A stretch of 53,016 bases of DNA, filler included, from Catajapyx aquilonaris (lineage: Eukaryota): the NCBI GenBank assembly GCA_000934665.2. It is 2 parts of 2 records of this genome, joined end to end, with 100 filler letters (N's around TTAATTAATTAA, not from the genome) between each part and the next. Parts side by side here need not be neighbours in the genome. Positions count along the whole stretch, not along the records: positions 26,557 to 53,016 come from KZ539304.1; 1 more part is not named here. One strand, given 5' to 3'. The translations under genes and the position numbers were made by a program. Below the pieces are notes generated by a model, which saw nothing but the letters and a program-made list of their open reading frames with translations, did no database searches and was not told where the DNA came from. Below, one piece after another: positions 34,101 through 48,591 of the stretch (position 1 is its first letter; each line of letters starts with the position of its first letter).

Positions 34101-37100
34101 GAACCCTCTTAGAGCCGAAACATGTTTCCCAGTTGGGGTTCAACCAGCCCTTTTCATAATTTTTTTAAAAAATAAGCTCCTTACTGTATATTGCCTTCTG
34201 TTTACTATGTAATAATTGTACCCAATGGCCATCTTTTTAAAGCATTAGTGTACATTTGAGCCGTCACACTTGAAGTTTAGAGGCCACTTGGCCTGCAAGA
34301 GTCTTGAAGCATTCGAGTCGACTGTAAAGGGCGCGGTATCTCAGCCTATATTACCTTTCTTCCACTTCAATTCTCCCATGGGATTGCGCACCTCATTTTC
34401 TTAACTCTTCCGTTCATTTCCCGCTGCAACCCACTTTGCTCGAGTGTGCATGCCCACGAATTTCTGCCAAGGGGATGGGTGGGATAGGGAGGAAGTCTGC
34501 CAAAAATATGAAGGTGGGGATATTAGAACACGGGTTTTCCCCCTGGAGAGAAACGGGATTGAATCTCTGCAGGGAATGAAATCAGGAGCCTCTCGACACC
34601 CAACCTACTAATGGTTCCTGTAGGACTAGCTCGCCTGTCATCCATGCACTCTCCTCCCCAGGGCCTACTGACTTTTTAATGCCGGGACCTACAAATAATT
34701 ATAAGACTGGAAACTTCGTTACGGGGCACGGGGCTGAGCTTCCAAGACGGTGCTTTCAACATGAGTCTGCCAAGTACCTACTTATATACGACTCAAAATC
34801 AGGATCGCATATCCGGGCGGAGTTTACATACAGTAAGTCCTGGGAAAGGGACCACCGGACACTCAAATATTCTTACGAGTGAGGAACTTTTTTTCTTTGC
34901 AGGAAGGATATTGACCCGAGCGGACTATATACATGAAACGAGGAAGAGAGGAAGAGGGGGAAAAAAAGATCAATCTCAAACCCCACCCGAAATGAAGTCC
35001 TAGCTAAGGCTCGTACTTAATTACTTGGATGAAATTGACGAAGGTTGGATACTGTGAAGACGTAACACAGCTTCGGGTGGGTGTCTTTACCTGTGTGTTA
35101 ACTAGAACCAACAGTTCTCAGCAGACAACACTCTGCAATTTGAAGGCCCCTGCAGAGAACACGGCAGAAAACAAAAAAGCTTATACTTCAATGGAAGGTG
35201 AGTGCAAGAGTATATAGTCCAAAACTCCAAATAACATTCCTGCAGACCAATCCAGGGAAATATCAATTGCAGAAGTATACATATACTTTCCGATAGTCAC
35301 TGGGCCGTAATTTTTTTATAAATATAGAAAAACATGCATATGATACGTGCAAACTGGGGTTTGACATCTGCGGTGGTAGCACTGGTATGGAGGAAAAATA
35401 TAGTCCACCTTTTACTGCAGCATGCTCTATACTTACAGTGTAGGTCTATATCCTATTACACATTCCCTCTCACCCTGCTGTTCTGGCAAATAAAGAGCGC
35501 CTGCAACTTTTGCACAAGGTTGTAGTCGAGGGTAATCGCCGGGTGCATTGGCCCTTTTAGCAAAACATGCATTCGGATGCGTTTACTCTAAGTATGGAGC
35601 GTGAGTTTCCCCCATGAAGGCCTAGGTGCGGTAAGGCCAGGGAGGCCACTTGCAGTCGCACTGCTATTTAATTATTCTCTGGAATTCACCGTGTAAATTA
35701 TACACGCATTTTTATTCGTCATACTCCCAAAAGGACAACATTCTTCTCGTTTTCTTCACAAAATATAGAGTAAAAGGGAATTACACCGTACCGTATCTTA
35801 TCATTACTATGCACGATGCTCTATTTTCACTCTGCCGCAGTAATGTAGGCCTATACTTCCACAAAAATATTTTCGTTAATTTTTTCAACAAACTGGTGGA
35901 GCATATTTTATTCCAGCAATACAGCAGTGCAGTAATTTTCCTGCATACATTTCCACCTCATGCAGAGGCACTGCGTATGAGCAGTTGATAAGTTTATTCT
36001 TTTTACTGCTTCGAGATTATGCGGCGCAATGCAATAAATACTTCCACAAGAGTGCTTTAACACCACCTCACCTCACGCAGTGGGTGATACACCGCCCAGT
36101 GTTATTCACGCCAAAACTAATGACATCATGAATATCACCCAGCACACCTTGCACCCACTGTTTTATACAATGTAGCTAAAAACAGGTCCCTGAGAGCATC
36201 GCCCAGGTGGGATATTTTTTTTCTCATCCAGACTCGTAGCAACTGGCTTCTAACAGGTATCCTAACCTGAGGAGTGTGCAGCAGCGCCGTTTTCAAGTGA
36301 TGCTAACCGAAGGCATGGCAGGGATGAGGCTGTCTGGCTCTCAGCTCGCGAGTTGGCTTTATTGTTTGAGAATTGCCTCCACGGTTTTAAAGCAGGGGAA
36401 GTAGTCCGGGACGGTCTTTATAACACGCCGTTAAACATGCAGAGGCAGGCTGTTGGGATGAGGACGACACTTCTCCGGGACGCAGCCAACAAACAAATGC
36501 ACTTTGCAGCCAGACTATTAAAGCCGATGAAGCAATTTTCAGGAATGCTGACAGACTTGTCTCGCCCTTTTTCTGAGCGTCGACCTTACATTTTGTAACC
36601 TTAAAAAAAAGAAGTATACATGAAAAACACTTACTAGTAGATGCTGAAGCGAGGATCTTACACCGAGGAAGAACGAGGATTCTGCAAGGAATAAAAAACG
36701 GGGTTTTAGTGCCAGCTCTGCGTCCCATTTTTGAGCACACGTCGTGCCTTCGCATTTGCCATGGGCATGTGTGGTCTCTTCGTGAATTCCCAACCAGCAA
36801 CAGAAAGGGCCATCCGGGCCATGGTTAATATCAATTTCCTAAGCAAGACCTGATAGTTTTTGGGAGGGTGTCACATGCATGTACCAAATATGGAGGACAG
36901 AACAAGGCCCATTCGACCGGGTAATGCGGTGAGTGATCATTTTAGGACGGGAGCTGTTCCACGGTGTGATGAGCTCCCGTGTCATGTGCAATTTCCCATG
37001 AGATTGCTTCATCTCATCAATATATCAAGTTCGGTAGTTGCAGATGATTGTGCTACCAGCAGCAGGCTTTATCGATTATATTGGTGTCGGCAAACTCAAT

Positions 37101-40100
37101 ATTGGAAATTAAATAGCGCCGCCACCCCCGTTTGCATTGAGGGGGGTCGGACATACCATGTGGTCCATAAAAATGCATCATCACATACCCAAACGCACAG
37201 GTCATTACACTCGCCTTGCAAAAAGAAATAATGGCTTCACAGTATTCACATGCACACTTTCTTTTTAAAGAAATTTTGATTTCTGCGTGCCCCATGTGCG
37301 GGTCATTGTGCCCGTTGCTGGCTCCGAGTGAAATGACACCATCCACTTGTTGGTAGGGACTCGGATCGATCCCCCTCCCCCACCACCTACAGACACACCC
37401 TTCGACCCAACCCTCCTTTAATGAGAACATAAATTTTCTGACTTTTTTTTCCTTTTCCTCCTGGTCCACAGGGGTCTCTCACTGCCACATGCCCCCCTCC
37501 CGACATTAGCGAAACATCTCAATGAAAACCTCCGCACTTATGACGTCTTGCCCTCACCCCACAATTATAATTCCCCATGTTGATGAATGGCTCGCCCTCT
37601 AAGGACGAGGCAAAAAGAAGTGCGCATTGTTGAGTCCAAATGTAGCGTGAAATTTTAATCCCGCCAAAGCTGGTGACAGGACCTGCTCGCTGACTGTCAC
37701 CCTAATCCTCCTCGGCCATGCTAGGCGGCGCTTTTTATACCGCAAAGGATTATGGGTCGCGTGGAGAACAAAAGACGATCGAAGCATCAGAGGGGGGGTT
37801 GGAGGAACAAAAGATCGCAGGAAGTGGGTGGGTGGGTGGGACTAAAAAGAGCTCAAGCTATGATAAATGGGCGGCCGCGTATTCACGACTCTTAGGAAAA
37901 GGGGGACTAACTGATTCCCCCCTATTCTTTAATGATCCCCCTCATTTTTGCATATTTTTTTTCCAGGTAGGGCACGTGCATTGATCTGCCTTTCGAGTGC
38001 GGCTTTTAACCCCCTTTTTTCATAGAGTCCAAAGTCCAGCAGGAGAAGAGTGTCGCATTTGTATGTCGGCAGGGATGCCCGCTCAAACCCGGCATTATGC
38101 AAATTGGGCGTTAGTAACCCTGCATAAAGGCCAGCTTACCTAGAGCAAGGATTAGGGTGCAACAAAGGTGTCAGTGTGTTTTAAAAAAAAGAGGAGGAAG
38201 GGGTGGGGGTAGGCAGAACGGCGCGGCGTTGTCCCGTGCAGCACACGCCTTAACAAATAGGCCTGTGGCGACCTCTGTACACACTCGACACCTCGCATGT
38301 TTTGTTGCTCTGCTTGCACAGCCCTGTATTATACGGAGCCGCAACAGCACACAGCACTGTCGAATTAACATGTTCTGCAAACAGGATGCGCGTGTTATAA
38401 ACATATCATACGGCTTAACACACAGATGCGCAATGACATCGACTGTATCTATCTGCAGGTTAGTTGCTTGCTTTGCCGTAAACTTCAGGCTGAAGGCAAT
38501 GGAATAAACACCTGACTTTGTGGTAAATGACTACGCATTTCCAGTAATGAAAACAAGCATCTGGCAAAAATGATCTCCAGTGAACCGATTTCATTTTGTA
38601 GGAGGTGCTGCCATATTCATAATACGACGACCTGAAATGCGGAATGATCATACAGTAATGTAGTAATGTAATATAGTTCTCGATTGTCGTCAGTGATTTG
38701 TTGGAGCCCCCTAGAATTTTTTTTACAAAATTCACATTAGGATTAGATAATGCGATCTTCAAACTTCAAACCTTTGCAATTCGAAATCATTCCATTGTGA
38801 CTCCCATCGTTACGAATTGCAGGTCTTTATGCAGTACGAAAATGTAAATGATGGTTTTTCCCCCTTTCTAATATGGAGACACTAACATATGAGTTAGTTC
38901 GACTGGTGCAAAATCAACATTCAAAAATGTAAGAACGAGGACATTTAATCAAGGCCTTCGATGATAATCATGCAATTTTCATAAATTTTTAATCATAGTG
39001 AAATGGTGTAATGCTGCTTGCCTATAGTCCCAGGGTAATGTCAAAATAACTAGAAATGCATCACTTGTCGTGCAACTACTACTAACCACTCACACAAAAT
39101 TAATTCGCGCATTTAACTGAAAGTCAAGTAGGTCTATACCGTACTGTCACTGCATGCTCTATAATGATACATAAATTGGATAAATTTTTGCCCTCTTTTA
39201 AAGTGGCTTGCTGCAATAATAAAGTCAAAAATAGCAAAGCAGCAAATTTCAAAAGCGGATTTTCACGACTGACGGAAAAATCTACACTTTTGACACTGTC
39301 GACGTAATCGAGAAAAGAGTGCAGCTCAGCAATACTACAGGGATGTAGGATATCCTCTTCCTTTCCTACACCTAAGCCGCTTATATTTTTTCCCATTAAA
39401 GGTCATTTCTGTCCAGAATACAGAAACTCTCCCAGTCAATATTTTGAACACATACAGTATTTTGTTCAATTCCATATTCTAAAGAAAAGAACTGATCAAC
39501 TTTTTAACCTATCAGAATAAGCCTGCACTGACAACAATTCCTATTCACTACGAAATCAATCCTTTCGGACACACAAATCCACCATACAAAAACACTAAAT
39601 AACAAACCCCGGCATTGTAACTGTCCCTTTGTGGACTGTAACTGAGAATAAAGAACATCCGTTTTTCCCTGGCTGTAAGTTGTGGTCCATACTGTGCCAC
39701 TCGCACCACACATCTGAACAGTTGATCGCATTACTCAGTTCTGATCTGGCCTTATCTGTACCTGCTCTCCAGTGGACCGAGTGCACTTACTCCTTATCCT
39801 AAAAATCGCGGCGGTTCTGCCCCCAGTGTGTTATACACCGGGGCGAATATTGCGACCGTTCGAGAAGAGAGAGGCCGGGTGATGAGAGGAACTTGAGCCA
39901 ACATCTGCCATCCTCCTTTCCCCTTTATCCTTACCTCCCCGCCTCATTATTCCAAATTGGTCATTTAAGAGCAGGCTGGAGCAATAGTTAGCAGCTTTCA
40001 TGCACAACAGACCAGTACGTCAAGTTGGGCGTAAAGTGATTGTTTCAGGCCCGATTACTCAAGCCCTTTGTCCGTTTCTGGGGGCTTCCTGCAGAGAGAA

Positions 40101-41884
40101 TCTGGGAGGTATTGAAGGCACGACAAAAGGAGAGAAGGCCAATTTGTTAGGGGGTAACCACCACGTACTACTATATATACGCCTGCATTGAGCGGTTGAG
40201 GGAACGGCTGGGTTGACGGCATGAAACAACGACACACACACAAAAAAATGCGGCTGGAATTGTGGGAGAATATGCGCGTAATTTGGGGACAAAATGCCAC
40301 CTCCAAATCTTGTCAACGGGCTGCAAAACAACACATTTCGGAGCAGGCGAGCATTCCAGAAATCGGATTCTGTCTGGCTGCGTTCCCATGATGGTGGCCA
40401 CTAAATTAATCCACTCTTGACATGTGTCGTCCAGGCCTTGCTCAACAGCCCCCTGAAAACCATTGAAAGGCCTTGTTTTCCCAGCGGAATGGAATGTAAC
40501 ACAACCAATTAACGCGAGATGCGTACCGTTACCTGATCGTCATCTGATGAATTCCCTGCACTCTTTCATCAGCTCCAATTTTTTATCATCATCCCTATAT
40601 CCTGACAGGAAAGTTTCCTTATTAGGAAGCGCTCTCTTTTTTTCAGCTAAAAAGTTCCTGCTTACTTTGTCAACAAGATGATGGATGCAGGGGATGATGG
40701 ACAATTCGTGAGAAAATTGATGTACCTTTTTTTCCCTACTCCCCCTCCGAAACATTACGATCCCATAAAAAATGCGTAACTTCAAACCCTGTTAAAACGC
40801 TGTCAAAAAATTAGATGAAGCCATGAATTTCCCTCCCTTACAACAATGCTTTCCACCACCCCCCCCCCCCAATCAATAATAGCAAGAGGCGCACTTAATG
40901 ACCCACAGAACCAACAAGGTCGGCCTCCTGCACTTTGTTTCTGTTTGATTAAAAGTGACACGGAGGCTTCTCCGGATCGTTTCCCTTCTCTGTTGGAATA
41001 ACACAGTTTGGGTGCCTGCTACCCGGCCTTAATTACGCGGCACCTCCTAGGATCATGAAAGTGTAAAGCTCCTTGGAAATCTAATTAAAAGAGTAATGGC
41101 GTACGAGGAAGACTCAAAGGCCCCTTCAGAGGAAGAGTGCAAAAGGAGGAAATGAACAGAGTTCATGATTCACGGGGGCTGCAGTGTAAAGGCAAGCCAC
41201 AAGCTTGTCTGAGGTAACCGGAGCACCCCCCGTTCTCCAATTGACTCGTTAACTGCTACATTATTACCCCCTCATGTCACTCCTGGGTGGTCAAAATTCG
41301 GATTGTTATCCACACTCATCCTGCGAAATATCCGTGATTTTATCATTTACCTGTAAAAATCACAGATAATCATGTAGCACTATACCCATGGCAACCAAAC
41401 TTCTGCAAAAATTAAGATGAATATTCGGCCTCGTCTTTTTTTAAACGCGGGCTTAATCAAGGTTCATTTATGATGCAATGAGCTTCGTCCTATTTTTTGT
41501 GTTGTTTACCCACCATTCCCCTTCCCAATTTTTTGCATTTCGTTCATCTATGCAATTTAAAACGAAGTAATTTCATCCTTGGTGTGCAGTCGGTGCAGCA
41601 GCTACCGCATCGGGACCTGAGGCTTCTCTGGCTGGATTGCACCTCTAATGACCAAGGTACCCTCCTACCACCCTCCTTTCCCCCCCACTGTGTTTCACTC
41701 CCTTTATTATGAATGCTCGTTTCCAAGTCTAAAGCTTCATTACAGTCTCATTATGCCACAAAGTGCAATATTTTCCTCCTTTCATTTCATTGACTAGCTG
41801 GCGCCTGCCGAGGAATAAATGAAGAAATTGCCGCTGGGTTTTTTTGGGGGCTCTCCTGGGGCTTTCCATGGCCGCGATATAACG

Positions 41885-42116
41885 CCCAGAAGACTATACG
41901 CAGTGTATGGATCCGTGAGATCTAGCAAGATATTTCATAGAGAAAAAGTAATATCGTACTCCTGTTATTCTTTACGTCCCGCAATACAGTAAAAATATAT
42001 AGTTACCATTCTCCTCGGAGTTTGTCTTTTGGGCAGTCGCTGAGCCGGAGCCTACAGTGCTGTGGTGAATTAAAACGATTCATAACATCCTATACACTGC
42101 GTTGTGATCTCTTGGG
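41885..42116. mobile_element. Old MITE-like inverted repeat
   Basis: cccagaagactatacgcagtgtatggat is inverted with atcctatacactgcgttgtgatctcttggg. Confidence 0.45.
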
Positions 42117-45100
42117 TCCATTTTATCAGCTTGTTCTCCGGATATAAAAATTTACAGCTGGACAAATAATACGTACGAGTGCAATATTTACATATTGTCA
42201 CGTACCGATGCGAAAGGTAAGCTAATCGCAACGAGCAACAAAAGCTCTTGTACTATAGTTTCAAAATTTCATTTTCAATAAAAAATTGTGTTATAGCCCA
42301 TTAAATCTACAGTATGATTTAGCCCGTAGTATCGGCACTGGAACACAGTTGCTTACTGTACAGTATACACACGTTAAGTATTGTTCTAGTATCTGTTTAT
42401 TATGGCTACTGCCACATTACTCACCCAGGCGGATGGACAGCACATTTAATTTCCAGATTTAATTTCATACCTGGAAACGGGCCAGCTGACAACTACAATA
42501 ATTTACTTGTTGCATGTCGCATATACACACAAACTTTTTATTACGAAAACCAGTAGGCCCTACATGTACAGCACTACAGTATAGGGTCTAGGCTACTGTA
42601 CTACTCGAATAAGCCTATATGTTGCATAACATCAAAGCGACTACTATACACGGTAAGTTATTGCATTATTCAGAAACATCTGTCACCATAATTTGATATT
42701 AATTTTAAATGACGCCCGATCAGCCCATCTTTTAACACAGTTCATAGATTGGGGGCAGCTGTACAGCACACAAACACGCTCAAAAAATAAACTAGGTATA
42801 GAGCTATCCTCACCTCTCGTCATCAAGTAGTCACCTGAGAGCTCCACATGCTTGATAACATATTGAATAAATGTAACGTCCATTATCTGACAGATCTGAC
42901 GCGAGAGAAATTTCCGCTTGAAAAGATTCAAAAGGGGCCAACGCATAAGGGAAGTGAATCCCAGCATTATTTCACACGCCCTCCCGTTGCATCCCGTATT
43001 AAAACTTGGACTTAGCAGTTATAACATCACCTCATTGCACACAATAAATAACATTAATCCCGCCGTCTTCCCCCCCGAAACGCTACAGAACAAAACGTGC
43101 CTCCGCGTCCTTGTCCCAGCAGCCAACGAAACAACAACAATGGCAATGGCAGCGTGCAGAGAGCATGACGGTCAAGAGTGACTCGGGGGCAGCAGCATCG
43201 CTCCCCTGAAATCCCTGGACTCATTAACTACGTTCCTTCCAGAGGTTTGCTTCTGCCGAGGAATTATGAGATCTGGCTGCATTGTGTTTCGGCAGTGGAG
43301 CATGTTGGGAGGTGTACTTTGGGTGGTTGCACGTTTCCGTGGCCGGAGATTAGAACGAGTATTAGCCTGGGCTGCTGCTTGCTGCTGCCTGGTACCCTCA
43401 ACTCCTTGAAAAGGCATCCGGTACAGGAGGAGGAGAGTATTGCTTTCATACAGTCTTTGAGATGGTCTTTACTGCCAGACTAGTCCCTCTGCAATATTGA
43501 GAGCCCTCGGCAATAGAGCTGGTCGCATGCGTTATTAATCACCCTCCCCCGCCTCTATATATATATCCTGGCTCGTATACTTAGGAACCGGCTTGTTCTA
43601 TGGATGTATACCAAATGCAGATTATAACCGGGGGGATGAAGCCGGGGCTTTAAAGAAGATTGCGGACTCTGGTGTTTGCTGGAAACTGCGACCCGCTTCC
43701 TTCGGTGGGATTAAGAATAAATGCGTCACACTCTAGGTATTTCCCAGCATAGACACAGAGAAATCGGTTTTCTTTAGCAGGCTTTCCGAGTGAATGAAAA
43801 CATAGTTGGGAGGGGCTATTAAAACCCATTCTTCGCTCCAATTAGTCTTGTGTGCAGCGCCAGAGGAATTAACGATTCTGTGTGATTCGGAATTAGAAGC
43901 CGGCAGACATGCTCCGCATAATTAAGCCCCGCTCTTCATTATTCATGTTTTCATGTTCTGACCGGATTAAAACAGAGGAAATGCCCGCCGCGGTTTTTCC
44001 CCGTATTAACGCGCAATTAGCGAGATTTTTAATCGCCTGCGAGCCCGCCTCAAAGTATGATAAATAAACATCCGCAATTAGGGACCTATATAAGTTCGAT
44101 CTAGTAGGGTCTACTCTATATATACCGGGGGGCGTTGCGATGCCTGCAAAACCCCTTTTCCCGTTTGGAATCTGTATACACAACTGCTGCCGCGATGCTT
44201 TTATTGGACTTTCCTACCGCGCCAGTTATGGTTTATTGAAGCACCCAAGTGCCTCTGGCAAACAGAGCCTTCCTTTCAACATATTGACAGGAGCGCTGCA
44301 AAGCTTCAGTGTTTCTCCTCAGCTTTTTGCTTCAGGCCTTATACTCGGGAGATTCATCCATGTCTACAAACGCGCCTCCAGCACGTTTTTAGGATAATTT
44401 CTGATGCCGTCAACAATTCCTGCCTAAATTCGCAGACACTGTACAATTAACGTGCCCATCTTCTACGAATATGGCAGTGCATCCCCAGCTGGATAAAAAA
44501 AAAAGTTTCACATGCAAATGACACGAGGATATATTTCACACCGACATTTCGCCCGGCGCAAATCTTATTACCACCCTGGAAGAATAAACTAATCTCAAAC
44601 TTTTTCTACCATGTTTGTTTTTTCCGTGCGTTCCAAACGCTTGGGAAATCTGCACACAGCCGCCGCACTCGGGCCAGAACCCGGATTGCGCAGTGATACG
44701 CATGCAGGAATATTAATTAGAAAATAATAGGCCCAGGCATGTTCTGTCCCAAATCAGGGAAACAGCACCGCAAATGGTTGCATTATTCATACCGCACCAC
44801 GGACAAGGCCCGGGTATAAGTTAAGAGGCTGATTTCGAGGGGAATGTATAGGCCCGGTTGTATAGGCTGACAAATTAAAAGCGTCGTGTGTTCTCATTTA
44901 ACCGCAGACCTGCAAACAGTGTAACAATGCGTGTCGAGCAAATACTGATCAAGCTCCCCTGACGCCATTAGTTCCTTTGATTTTCCTTGCAAACAAACTT
45001 GCAACAAACCTAATCAGCTCCCTTTTAGATGAGTCCCATATTTTTAAAAATCTGGTTATTAAGGATCGGCAGACTATTTATCCGGGGGACTGATTCCCCT

Positions 45101-48100
45101 GCTGAAATGAGTCTTGGGTCCTCCCGAGCCCTTGACACGTGGCGCAGATGCTGCTTCTCTTATATGCATCATCCCTTCCAATTTTCATGAAAATTAAACT
45201 TGTTCGCTTCCAACTTTCTCCTCATAAGATAGCTCCCAAAATATACATCCAGGCTTTTTAGCCACTTTGCATTAATTAGAATTGGAGCTGACACTGCAAT
45301 GTGTATAGGCACGTGTGCAGCAGGCTACATCAAAAGCGTATGAGCTTTGTTAGACGCACAATTATATATCCACCGTGTGTATACACAAGGAATAATTATG
45401 TACCTCACAAAGCTGCAGCGTATACAGTGTCTGCTGGGTTGATCTATAGCACCAGTTGCAACCGGGTAGACTAGAAGAGTGATAAGTGACCTCCGTGGGA
45501 ATATATAATATAAAAAAAGCAATCAGTCACTCCCATACAAAAACAACTGTGAAATCAAATTCAATATTCTGAATGAGGAAAAAAAGGCTCTTTGATCCCT
45601 TTTCCTGTGACACGTGGCGGAAACTCGTCCGAGAAACATTGAATCAGCTGTGCATTTTAATCATCGGAATGAGTGCTTCCCCAAGGCCTGAAAGGCGAAT
45701 CCTAACAGGTGTTTATGTCCATCATGAGCAACAAAAGGTGGCCAGGGAAGTCTATAGCAAAAGGGTTGAATGAACGCCTGGGACTGAATGCGCCACAGGT
45801 TGAATACTCCACCGTCTAGCAGACGCCTACACAAATCATATTTTTATAGCCCAGCCCGAATATATAATTTTTTTCTACTGAAAATAAATCCCCTGGTTAG
45901 CAGCATTAACAGACAAGGAATTTGTTCCATTTCCAGCCCCACTTAGGTCCACACTCCCTCCCCTATGTTGTTGGCAGGTGCATTCCCACCTCCATCGCCA
46001 TTGGAAATAATAAAATTCAATCAACATCCTGATAATGACCGGACTGGCCACACCAGCCATTGCATGCTGGGGCTTGGCCGATCCCAAACCTCCCAGGAGA
46101 GGAACTTCTCCCCTATCATTTTCCAGCCCTACTACAAGCGGCCGATTCAGGATCAAACACCCCGACTTCACAGGGCTGGTTTCTTCTCCAATCCACTCCC
46201 CCCCCCCTTTCCCCCCACACCATTTTCTAGCAAGGCCAGCAAGAACTCTTTCTTTTAAAAAAAAATACGAACGAAAAAAGATGAAGAATAAGAAACCAAC
46301 TTGGTGTTTTCCAGGCTCTTCCCCCCCGACCTGTCATTAGGCCTCTACGTGCCTCCTCGTTACATGAGAGTGTTGAGGGTAGTTTGTCAAAACTGCACGT
46401 GTTATTACATGACTCGTTGGTTTTGCACTTATTTGGCTTTGTAGTGGTTCATGCATATAATAGGAGCGCCCACTTGTGTGATTGGAAAATACGGGCCAGC
46501 AGCTGCTGTCTACATAGGACCATAAAAATTAAATATCACATCCAGATCAGCCTCATTTCCTGGCCTTCTCTATGATCCGGCGACACATGCAATGCATAAC
46601 CCCGCTTCAAAACCAATGCCTATAGACTGCGGCTGCACAAAAATTAGCTGTAAATTTATTTCGTAACTCGCAGTACAAATTATAGTGGGTGCAGATCCTC
46701 CCCCCTTCCCAGGACTATATAGTTTCTCCCCCCTTTTCCCTCTTGCCTTATTATGGGTGCCCTGGGCGAGAGGAGAGAAAAATTCCAAAGCCTTCTTCCT
46801 TTCCCCCATAACGACCCCATGATTCATCCTTCCTGGCTTGTCCCCCCCCCCCATCCCACCCTCTCCTCCTCCCCTTCTGCACCATACATCAGGACAAGTG
46901 CGGACAGCCAATAAAGCCTAGTCCGCATCGTCCGGCCGGATCCTTCATTGGTCATCAGCACAAAATGCGGCAGGGCTTCCCACCACAAATTCACCTCGCA
47001 CTGGGATATATATCTCTCCACCCCACAAAAGTGCCTGATGCTATTTACACCATTCCCCTGCTATATCCTACTGCTCGTCCCCAAGTAATAATGATAATAA
47101 TAATAATTCTTATCCCACATATGTACCAGATGCGGATTATAGTTCAATATGGTTATGCGAGGACGATTGTTTAATGTTATGCTGGCTGAAGCCGGCCACG
47201 AACAGGAAACCAAACAGGTTGGGGTTTTCAACCTTATCCAATCCGCCATTCTTCCAGCGGGGTTATAGTAAGGGTGGATGTAGAGGTCGGCAGACATGCA
47301 GAATATGTAATTGCGTCAACTTTTACGGCTTAAAAATTAGAACTCGCCAATTTATCACACCGGGATAAAAGAAGTTTTAAGATGCGACTTCCTGCCGACT
47401 ATAAGCTGGACAGCTCCCGCTGACCAGTTCTGGAAACCCAGGAGCGTCCGGCTGTTATACACCTACTAGTATACGAAATGACCACTCTGCACTTGGCAGG
47501 CCCCCACTTGGTTGCATGACCAGTCCAGAGGATCCTCCGTGCCCCAGGATCCACAATCTGGCGGGTAAATAGCTCCATTTCCATCTAAAACCAGGCCTGG
47601 AATAAGGTGGAAGGTTTTTCGCAACCGAGGCAGGAAAAGGCTCCCGAGAGACCCACCGTATTTTTTCCCCGGAACTTGCATTTTATCCGCGTATGGCCCA
47701 GACCCTCCTGGCCATTTCCCACTCCAAGTGCTCGACCCGACAATACATCCACGCATTTTATATAAGAAAAGGACACACCTCGACCGGCCAACTAGTTTTC
47801 TGAAGCCAGCTGCCGGCATTTCACCCCATGCAGATCATTCCTGGAAAAGTGGTAGTGATAACTTTGTCTACCCCACACGGCATCCTGACGGTGATGTCCG
47901 ATCGCGTGAACATTTCTCAAGTCAAACCTACGCTCGGAGCCCACTCTCAGGAGCTGCCACAAAATCGCGGGTCACACATATCGAGCAATCAGTTAAGCCA
48001 AAGACATGGTTCTGAAAATGTTTTGTGAATAGAGGCGCTAACGAGCTTGGCGAAAAGGGAAAGGTCGTGCTTCCAAAATGGCTACAGGCACGATTTCACC

Positions 48101-48573
48101 CGAACATGGCAATATTGCACCTCATTATAACCACAAATAACGCTTTGAGGGCACAGCCCCCATTAACTAACAAGATGCTTTTGCACCTCAAACTTTCCAT
48201 CTTTTGCCGCCGACTGTACCAGCCACCTCCAAACTCCAATTTACCCTTAATTAACATTTTCCATGTGAAGGCTGCAGCCCATTTTGTTCCAGGTCTAATT
48301 GCGCGTGCTGAAAACGCTTAAGCCACCTAACGTGCGAGGCCATAGTTTGCCCTGCCATACCAAATGGCTGGGGAACATTTTAAAAATGCAAATCACATTG
48401 TCGCCATACAGAGCGCATGACGTTCAGCTCTCCTACGGCATACGACTCACCTTTATCCTCGCTGTGCTTTCGCCAAAGTGTTGCGTTTTCAAGGGAATTA
48501 ACACACCCCTGCACACATTACCCACGTTTTCTCAGAATGGGTTTTTCTCTTTTTGTCTGCTTCCCCCCCCCCC

Positions 48574-48591
48574 NNNNNNNNNNNNNNNNNN
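48574..48591. other. Assembly gap
   Basis: Run of N after a poly-C tract. Confidence 0.99.

Noticed and set aside
39785..39805. Possible 8-nt minus-strand micro-exon (tttttAG-GATAAGGA-GTaagt)
   Set aside because: Weak polypyrimidine tract, a competing AG close upstream, and a frame-shifting length.
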